Positions 51,244 to 57,477 of a stretch of DNA of 64,000 bases are shown one piece after another. The DNA comes from a bacterium. Lineage in GTDB: Bacteria; Omnitrophota; Gorgyraeia; Zapsychrales; Zapsychraceae. Every line of letters begins with the position of its first letter. Positions within the stretch are counted from its first letter, which is position 1. Made by a program: the position numbers and the translations under genes. Below the pieces are notes generated by a model that was given only the letters and a program-made list of their open reading frames with translations, did not search any database and had not been told where the DNA came from. The DNA is taken from the NCBI GenBank assembly GCA_030429765.1, contig JAUIER010000003.1:80402-144401 (forward strand), written 5' to 3'.

Positions 51244-52506
51244 ATGGAAAAACTCGTTATTGAAGGCGGACTCCCGCTTTCCGGTGAAGTCAAAATCAGT
51301 GGATCAAAGAACGCCGCGCTGCCGATTCTCGCAGCCAGTCTTTTGACCGACGAACCCGTCATCCTCCGTAATGTCCCGATTCTGCGCGATACGACGACGA
51401 TGATCAAGCTGCTCAAGTCATTGGGTAAGATCGTTGAGATCGACGGAGACCGCGTCAAGATCACCAGCAACGGCAAGACACGTCACGTGGCGGAATACAA
51501 ACTGGTTTCGACGATGCGCGGTTCGTTTTGTGTACTCGGACCGTTGTTGGCCAAGCTCGGCAAGGCCAAGGTGTCATTGCCCGGCGGGTGTGTGATTGGA
51601 ATCCGTCCGGTCGATCTTCACCTTAAAGGAATAAAGGCGTTGGGCGCCAAGATTCAGATCGACGGCGGATATGTGATTTCCCGCGCCAAGAAGCTCAAGG
51701 GAACGCATATCTATCTCGGCGGAGTGTTTGGATCGTCCGTACTCGCGACGGCGAATGTGCTGATGGCGGCGGTGCTGGCGGAAGGCGAGACCGTGATCGA
51801 GTCGGCGGCGTGTGAACCCGAGATTGAAGATTTGAGCAATATGCTCAGGGCCATGGGCGCGCGTATTCGCGGCGTGGGCTCGCCGCGCTTGACGATTACC
51901 GGCGTAAAACGTTTACGCGGTGTTTCTTATCGCGTCATTCCTGATCGTATTGAAGCGGGAACTTATATTTTGATTGGAGCCGCAACGCGCAGCGATATCA
52001 AACTGCGCGGCGCAGATATCACCCATTTAATGGCGCTGACGGACAAGCTCAAGGAAGTCGGGGTCAAGGTCACGGCCAAGCGCGATGTCGTGAAGGTCAA
52101 ATGTAAAAAGAATTACAACCCGGTGAGTATCACGACGTATCCGTATCCGGGATTTCCGACGGATCTGCAGGCGCAGTTTATGGCGTTGATGACGATTGTC
52201 GAAGGCGTGAGCGTGATCACGGATAAAGTTTATCCGGACCGCTTTATTCACATCGCGGAATTGAATCGCATGGGCGCTAACATCCGCCGCGAAGGGATCA
52301 ACGCGATTGTGCAGGGAGTCAAAAAACTCAAAGGCGCGCAGGTGATGGCGTCGGATCTGCGGGCCTCGGCGGCGCTGGTAATCGCGGGCTTAGCGGCCAA
52401 AGGCCGGACCGAGATTCATCGGATTTACCATTTGGAACGGGGTTACGAATTATTGGATAAGAAATTGACGGCGTTGGGCGCGAAGGTTTGGCGGGAACGG
52501 GAATAG
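51244..52506 (+). CDS. murA: UDP-N-acetylglucosamine 1-carboxyvinyltransferase
   Basis: 420 aa. SGSKNAALPILAASLL and the catalytic Cys loop LPGGCVIGIRPVDLH. Confidence 0.95.
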   Translation: MEKLVIEGGLPLSGEVKISGSKNAALPILAASLLTDEPVILRNVPILRDTTTMIKLLKSLGKIVEIDGDRVKITSNGKTRHVAEYKLVSTMRGSFCVLGPLLAKLGKAKVSLPGGCVIGIRPVDLHLKGIKALGAKIQIDGGYVISRAKKLKGTHIYLGGVFGSSVLATANVLMAAVLAEGETVIESAACEPEIEDLSNMLRAMGARIRGVGSPRLTITGVKRLRGVSYRVIPDRIEAGTYILIGAATRSDIKLRGADITHLMALTDKLKEVGVKVTAKRDVVKVKCKKNYNPVSITTYPYPGFPTDLQAQFMALMTIVEGVSVITDKVYPDRFIHIAELNRMGANIRREGINAIVQGVKKLKGAQVMASDLRASAALVIAGLAAKGRTEIHRIYHLERGYELLDKKLTALGAKVWRERE

Positions 52507-52527
52507 CGACGAGATAGTGGAGCGCAT

Positions 52528-53091
52528 ATGATCTTAATGATAGACAACTACGATTCATTCACCTACAACCTGGTGCAGTATTTCGGTGAGCTGGGCGCGA
52601 ATCTCAAGGTGTACCGTAATGATATGATTTCGATTGAGGACATCCGCCGGATGCGGCCCAAAAAGATTGTGGTGTCGCCCGGGCCGAGTAATCCGGACCA
52701 TGCCGGGATTTCATTGGACGTCATCGACACGTTTAAAGGCAAGATTCCGATCCTCGGGGTATGTCTCGGACATCAATGTATGGGGCAGGCCTTCGGCGGC
52801 AAGATCATCCGGGCCAAAAAATTGATGCACGGTAAAACTTCAAAAATTAAACACGACGGCCAAGATTTATTCAAAGGCCTGGACAATCCGTTTGAAGCCA
52901 CGCGGTACCATTCGCTGGTGATCGAGCGCAAAAGCTGTCCCAAGTGTTTTGAGATTACGGCCTCGAGTGAAGACGGTGAGATTATGGGGATCCGTCATAA
53001 AGACTATCCGATGTGGGGCGTACAGTTTCATCCCGAGTCGATTTTGACCAAGGCGGGCAAACCGCTCTTGGGTAATTTTCTCAAACTATAG
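52528..53091 (+). CDS. trpG: Anthranilate synthase component II / aminodeoxychorismate synthase glutamine amidotransferase
   Basis: 187 aa. Motifs: MIDNYDSFTYNL, catalytic GVCLGHQ, QFHPES. It lies directly upstream of trpD. Confidence 0.85.
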   Translation: MILMIDNYDSFTYNLVQYFGELGANLKVYRNDMISIEDIRRMRPKKIVVSPGPSNPDHAGISLDVIDTFKGKIPILGVCLGHQCMGQAFGGKIIRAKKLMHGKTSKIKHDGQDLFKGLDNPFEATRYHSLVIERKSCPKCFEITASSEDGEIMGIRHKDYPMWGVQFHPESILTKAGKPLLGNFLKL

Positions 53092-53103
53092 GATGGGATC
53101 CAA

Positions 53104-54129
53104 ATGAGCCATACGATTCGTTCATACGTGGACAAGATCCACAATCATGAGAATTTGACGCAGGACGAGATCGAAGTTGTCATGCAGGACATCATGTCCG
53201 GCGAGTCCAACCGCGAAGATATTGCCAGTTTTTTGTTGGCGCTGCGCGAGAAAGGCCCGACGATCGATGAGATTACCGGGGCGGCCCGGATTATGCGCCG
53301 GCATCTGGTCGGCGTGAATACCGTACACAAAGATATTCTTGATACGTGCGGGACCGGCGGTGACAAGACCAATACGTTCAATATCTCGACGGTGACGGCC
53401 CTGGTGGTGGCCGGAGCGGGGGCGGTCGTGGCCAAGCACGGAAATCGGTCGGTGTCGAGTAAGTGCGGTTCGGCCGATATTCTCGAAGCGCTCGATGTCA
53501 ATCTGGATATGGATACCTCCCGTCTGAACGCGTGTCTGGACGAAGTCGGCATCGCTTTTCTGTTTGCGCAAAAACTGCATCCGGCGATGAAGAATGTCGC
53601 GCCTGTGCGTAAGGAATTGGGTGTCGAGACGATCTTTAATCTGCTTGGGCCGTTGACGAATCCGGCCAATGCCACGCATCAGATGATCGGTGTGTACGCG
53701 CGTAAATATGTCAAGCCGATGGTGCAGGTGTTGAAGAACCTGGGATCCAAACGGGCATTGGTTGTGCATGGCGCGGACGGACTGGATGAGATCACAACGA
53801 CCGACAAGACATTTATCTGTGAGTACAACGGCGAGGAGATTTTTTCGTACGATATCGATCCCGACGAATTAGGCATACCGTTCGCCAAGCCTGAAGATCT
53901 CAAAGGCGGTCATCTGGAAGACAATGTCAGAATTGTCCGCGAGATCCTCGACGGAGCGCCCGGACCGAAAAGGGATATCGTTCTGTTGAATTCGGCGTAC
54001 GCGTTGTATATCAGCGAGAAGGCGGCGAATATTGAAGATGGTTTACAGATGGCGCGTGATTCGATCGACAGTGGAAAGGCCAAGGCCAAGCTGGCACAAC
54101 TAAGGGATTTTACCCATGAGCGGACATGA
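53104..54129 (+). CDS. trpD: Anthranilate phosphoribosyltransferase
   Basis: 341 aa. Motifs: [38 protein letters not shown]-like region, LGPLTNPA. Confidence 0.95.
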   Translation: [341 protein letters not shown]

Positions 54130-54907
54130 TTTTCTGCAGGAGATCGTCGAGTACAAAAAAGAATGCAACCGCTTAAAGGCGGAGTACTACACGGCGATTC
54201 GCAACAAGATTGATCTCTCCGAATACTGCCGTTACGGGGTCTTTGCCAAGTCGGTGGGACGCGAAGGGCAGGTTAATCTGATCGCTGAGATCAAGAAGGC
54301 CTCGCCGTCCAAAGGGGTGATCCGTGAGCCGTTTGATGTGCTCGAGATCGCCAAGACATACACCGAACACAAGGCGGCGGCCATCTCTGTTCTCACCGAA
54401 GACAAATATTTTTTAGGACGACCGGATTACGTCAAGAAGGTCAGCGAACAGTTTACGGTGCCGGTCCTGATGAAGGACTTTTTCATTCATGAAAACCAGA
54501 TCTACGAGGCGCTGGTCAAGGGGGCCAGTGCGATCCTGCTGATTTGCGCGATACTCTCCGATGAGCAGTTAAAGCAATTATTGTCGGTGGCGAACGCTTT
54601 GGACCTGGACTGTCTGGTCGAGACGCATGATGAGACCGAGGTCAAGCGGGCGATTGACGTCGGCGCCGAGATCATCGGGGTGAACAATCGCGATCTACAT
54701 ACATTTGAGGTGTCGATGCAGACGAGTCTGGATTTGATCCCCAAGATTCCCCGGGATCGAATCGCGGTCGCCGAGAGCGGGATCCGGACCAACGCGGACA
54801 TTCGGCAGCTCAAAGAGGTGGGGGCCAAGGCGGTTTTAATTGGAGAAACATTTATGCGCGCAGAGGACATCGGCGCCAAGGTTGACGAGATTATGTCAGG
54901 CGGCTAA
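54116..54907 (+). CDS. trpC: Indole-3-glycerol-phosphate synthase
   Basis: 263 aa. Motifs: IAEIKKASPSKG, ISVLTEDKYF, IIGVNNRDL. Confidence 0.9.
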   Translation: MSGHDFLQEIVEYKKECNRLKAEYYTAIRNKIDLSEYCRYGVFAKSVGREGQVNLIAEIKKASPSKGVIREPFDVLEIAKTYTEHKAAAISVLTEDKYFLGRPDYVKKVSEQFTVPVLMKDFFIHENQIYEALVKGASAILLICAILSDEQLKQLLSVANALDLDCLVETHDETEVKRAIDVGAEIIGVNNRDLHTFEVSMQTSLDLIPKIPRDRIAVAESGIRTNADIRQLKEVGAKAVLIGETFMRAEDIGAKVDEIMSGG

Positions 54908-54922
54908 CACGGAGGAAGAGGA

Positions 54923-55537
54923 ATGACGATGAAAGTTAAGATGTGTGGGATTACCAATCATGAAGACGCGCAGAAGGCGGTTTATTACGGGGCCTATGCC
55001 GTCGGATTTATTTTTCATAAAAAAAGTCCGCGCTACGTATCACCGAGTAAAGCGCGAAAATTAATCGAAGGATTGCCGCCGTTTATCGTGCCGGTCGGTG
55101 TCTTCGTTGATCTCAAGGAAAAGGCGGTGCGGGATATCTGCAAGTTCACCCGGATCAAGACGGTCCAGTTTCACGGTGATGAAAAGCCGATCTACTGCAA
55201 GCGCTTTTCCGATTACAAGATCATCAAGGCCTTTCGGGTCAATGACATGTTTGATTTTGTCGGCGTCAAGAAGTACAAGGTCGACGCCTATCTGTTTGAT
55301 ACCTACCAGGAAAATGTCCTTGGGGGGACGGGAAAGACGTTCAACTGGGACCTGCTCAAAGGGCATAAGTTTGATAAACCCGTCATTCTCTCCGGCGGAT
55401 TGACCTCATCCAATGTGGCCGAAGGGATCGCCGCGGTGGATCCGTACGCCGTGGATGTCTCCAGCGGCATCGAGAAGTCGCCGGGGATCAAGGATCCCCG
55501 CAAAATCCGGGCGTTCATGAAGGCCCTGGACGTCTAA
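54923..55537 (+). CDS. trpF: Phosphoribosylanthranilate isomerase
   Basis: 204 aa. Motifs: VKMCGIT, QFHGDE, ILSGGL. An alternative start is ATG 54929. Confidence 0.9.
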   Translation: MTMKVKMCGITNHEDAQKAVYYGAYAVGFIFHKKSPRYVSPSKARKLIEGLPPFIVPVGVFVDLKEKAVRDICKFTRIKTVQFHGDEKPIYCKRFSDYKIIKAFRVNDMFDFVGVKKYKVDAYLFDTYQENVLGGTGKTFNWDLLKGHKFDKPVILSGGLTSSNVAEGIAAVDPYAVDVSSGIEKSPGIKDPRKIRAFMKALDV

Positions 55538-55659
55538 ATCCCCGCACACTATCTGTTTTGTATTGATCCGATGGATCGGTCCGTCGAGGTATCCCGGACT
55601 GTCCCGGACACATTTTTGAAGCATAGTTGAAAGCTACTCATTTGTAATGACTTACAGGC

Positions 55660-55688
55660 TTGTCCCCTGTGGATAACTATGTTATATT
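55660..55688 (+). promoter_or_regulatory. Sigma70-like promoter candidate driving the structured RNA
   Basis: TTGTCC (55660-55665), a 17-nt spacer, then TATATT (55683-55688). The 5' arm of the RNA closing helix starts 6-7 nt downstream. Confidence 0.45.
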
Positions 55689-55693
55689 TGAAT

Positions 55694-55928
55694 TAAGCCG
55701 ATAAAGGTAAACCCGGGGAAACCCGGGGACTTTCGAGTCTTACCGACTTGGAACTGCGCGGTTATGAGGCGCGCGGACAAAACCAACAGACCTAAATTGT
55801 TAACGACTACGAGGCCCGTTCGGGCGTTCAGCGCCGGGGCACACAATCCAAGCAGAAGAGTCTAGGACAAGATGGTGGCTGGGTTGCCGAAGTGCGGTGA
55901 GGGAGACATCCTCATCTTTATCGGCTTA
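55694..55928 (+). ncRNA. Unassigned structured RNA candidate (~235 nt core)
   Basis: The ends pair over 12-15 bp (55694-55708 TAAGCCGATAAAGGT with 55914-55928 ATCTTTATCGGCTTA). Internal hairpins are: CCCGGG-GAAA-CCCGGG (55712-55727, built from the tandem 10-mer AAACCCGGGG x2); CGAGTC/GACTTG (55734-55750); CTGCGCG/CGCGCGG (55754-55776); GCCC...GGCG-TTCAG-CGCC...GGGC (55814-55840); and GGTGAGG/CCTCATC (55896-55916). No credible ORF is present. A promoter lies upstream and a terminator downstream. Confidence 0.45.
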
Positions 55929-55947
55929 TTTTTCTCTCTTACCCATA

Positions 55948-55978
55948 CCGTAAAAACACCCGTTTTTGCGGTTTTTTT
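55948..55978 (+). terminator. Rho-independent terminator
   Basis: CCGTAAAAAC-ACCC-GTTTTTGCGG forms a 10-bp stem with one G-U pair, followed by TTTTTTT (55972-55978). Confidence 0.75.
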
Positions 55979-56006
55979 GTGTCTACGGTGTTGGTTCTGG
56001 TAGAAT
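55977..56006 (+). promoter_or_regulatory. Extended -10 promoter candidate for the two-gene cassette
   Basis: TGgTAGAAT (TG at 55998-55999, hexamer at 56001-56006) with a weak -35 TTGTGT (55977-55982) and an 18-nt spacer. Confidence 0.3.
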
Positions 56007-56105
56007 AGTAGGAATTAACTGCGCGGGGCTTCACGAACTTCCAATCCTGCAGCAGTTTTTCCAGTGTGATTAAGCAAGCAAAATTAAGAAATATTTCGAT
56101 TGTAA

Positions 56106-56492
56106 ATGACTAACAATTCAATATTTTCATTTCCTCCTGATTTTGAAGTGGAGTATAAATTTTTGACAGTGGACGAGGCCGGTAGAAAAACTGGAACTCC
56201 CTTTCAGGGTTACCGGAGCAATTGGCTATATGAAGGGGATGACCCAATTGCCGACGGCATTTATATGATTCATCCTGAATTTCTGGATGAAGACGGAAAA
56301 AGTTTTCAAAAGAATAGGAAGGTTCCTGCAAAAGGCCTGGCCAGAATGGTAGTAGTCAATCCAGCTAAGAGACCTTATCATCAAAAGAAAATAAAAGTTG
56401 GAACAAGAGGTTTTTTTGTCGAGGGAAATCGGAAAGTGGCAATGGCAACCGTAACGAAGGTGCTTGGTTTGCATACCAATAAAACAACTTAG
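56106..56492 (+). CDS. Free-standing EF-Tu domain III-like protein
   Basis: 128 aa. [28 protein letters not shown] and the C-terminal [23 protein letters not shown] align by eye with EF-Tu domain III, as I recall the E. coli sequence. There is no G domain and no domain II. Codon usage looks A+T-rich. Confidence 0.5.
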   Translation: [128 protein letters not shown]

Positions 56493-56542
56493 TAGAAAAT
56501 TCTCATTCCATAACAGGGATAGGATTTTTCAAAGATAATTGA

Positions 56543-57247
56543 ATGACGTATATTAGAATTTTTGCCTTGGTGCTTAGCGTTATTTTAACGGCCGGGTGTG
56601 CTACCGTTGTTCGGGATCAATTACCGGCAGTCCAAAAATTTTCGACATCTGAGGAAGCTTTCAGCGTATACGTGCTGAATCATGGATGGCATACAGGACT
56701 GGTGATCAGGCGTTCTGATATCCCTGACCATCTTTGTCCCGAAAGTGAAGATTTTGCTAAGTATGAGTATCTCGAAATTGGATGGGGCGATCAAGGTTTT
56801 TACCAGGCTCAGAAAATCACTTTGGGTATTACTATCCGGGCGATCTTTTGGCCGTCCAAAAGCGTACTACATGTGGTGGGATTTAATGGGTCAGTTGAGG
56901 CATATTTTGAAACCAGTGATATTGTACGAGTTGATCTTTCGGAACAGGGATTTAACAAAATATGCATGTTTATTCATGAAACGTTCAAGAGGGAGCAGGT
57001 TGATCTACGAGCTTCGTCTATCGGACCGGGTTTGTACGGGGATAGTAAATTCTACAGAGCTCGCGGGAGATACTACTTTCCTAAAACGTGTAATGTTTGG
57101 ACCGCAAGGGCCCTACGTAAAGGTGGTTGTCCGATAACACCTATTTACGCTGTGACATCCGGCAATACGCTGAATCAGACCAAGAAGTTTGGAGTAATTG
57201 TTAGGGAGTTCCTAGAGTCGTATAAAGCTTCAGGTAGAAAAAAATAA
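56543..57247 (+). CDS. DUF2459/TIGR02117-like lipoprotein
   Basis: 234 aa. Lipobox LTAGC. The motifs NHGWHTGLVI, LEIGWGDQGFY and YYFPKTCNVWTARALRKGGCP match my memory of the DUF2459 family. Confidence 0.55.
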   Translation: MTYIRIFALVLSVILTAGCATVVRDQLPAVQKFSTSEEAFSVYVLNHGWHTGLVIRRSDIPDHLCPESEDFAKYEYLEIGWGDQGFYQAQKITLGITIRAIFWPSKSVLHVVGFNGSVEAYFETSDIVRVDLSEQGFNKICMFIHETFKREQVDLRASSIGPGLYGDSKFYRARGRYYFPKTCNVWTARALRKGGCPITPIYAVTSGNTLNQTKKFGVIVREFLESYKASGRKK

Positions 57248-57354
57248 GTGGATGGTCGAAGTCTCTCCAATCTTGAAAGAATTGGTATCAGAAATCCCTA
57301 AAGTAAAGCAGGGCATAAGTTTAGGTCGTAATTCATTATATTAGCGAAGAGGCC

Positions 57355-57399
57355 TGTCCCTTTTCGGGGACTGTCCCCTTTGGGGGAGCCGTTCGGGCT
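57355..57399 (+). other. Cluster of three short GC-rich hairpins between the cassette and the giant ORF
   Basis: GTCCC-TTTTCG-GGGAC (57356-57371), TCCCC-TTT-GGGGG (57374-57386) and AGCC-GTTCG-GGCT (57387-57399). No U-tract follows. They may terminate or insulate the cassette transcript. Confidence 0.3.
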
Positions 57400-57427
57400 T
57401 GCCTATAATACTAATATATCGTATAAT
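57399..57427 (+). promoter_or_regulatory. Sigma70-like promoter candidate for the giant ORF
   Basis: TTGCCT (57399-57404), a 17-nt spacer, then the consensus TATAAT (57422-57427). A second TATAAT lies at 57404-57409. Confidence 0.35.
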
Positions 57428-57477
57428 TAGTGTATTACTGGTTCCCCACCGTAAGCTTTAGTTTCCACCCATAGTCT

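Noticed and set aside
55764-55865. A 33-codon Arg/Lys-rich ORF (MRRADKTNRPKLLTTTRPVRAFSAGAHNPSRRV) inside the RNA region.
   Set aside because: There is no Shine-Dalgarno sequence. The start codon is buried in the loop and arm of a GC-rich hairpin. The ORF is below any size I can support without conservation data. The region is better explained as RNA structure.
55807-55875. Local resemblance to the guanidine-III (ykkC-III) riboswitch core: ACGAGG at 55807-55812 and AGGACAAGATGG at 55864-55875.
   Set aside because: As I recall the motif, it is a compact pseudoknot of about 41 nt with these elements roughly 15 nt apart. It also has flanking CCGG/ACCCGG pairings that are not in the right places here. 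In this locus the elements are about 50 nt apart and no SMR-type exporter follows. The resemblance is probably coincidental, but it is cheap to test with the Rfam model.
55694-55928. Assignment of the structured RNA to tmRNA, RNase P RNA, SRP RNA, 6S RNA or a T-box leader.
   Set aside because: Compared from memory, the expected hallmarks are missing. There is no tRNA-like acceptor/T-arm end or Ala-rich tag ORF. There is no GAGGAAAGUCC, no GGAAGCAGC helix-8 motif, no long bubble-containing duplex, and no T-box sequence with a downstream aaRS or amino-acid gene. Only an Infernal/Rfam search can settle this.
55538-57477. Calling the RNA-plus-cassette region a mobile element or genomic island.
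   Set aside because: There is no integrase, transposase, recombinase, inverted terminal repeat or tRNA/tmRNA attachment site. I only see an apparent compositional shift and short shared 10-mers. It is reported as a finding but not annotated as a mobile_element.
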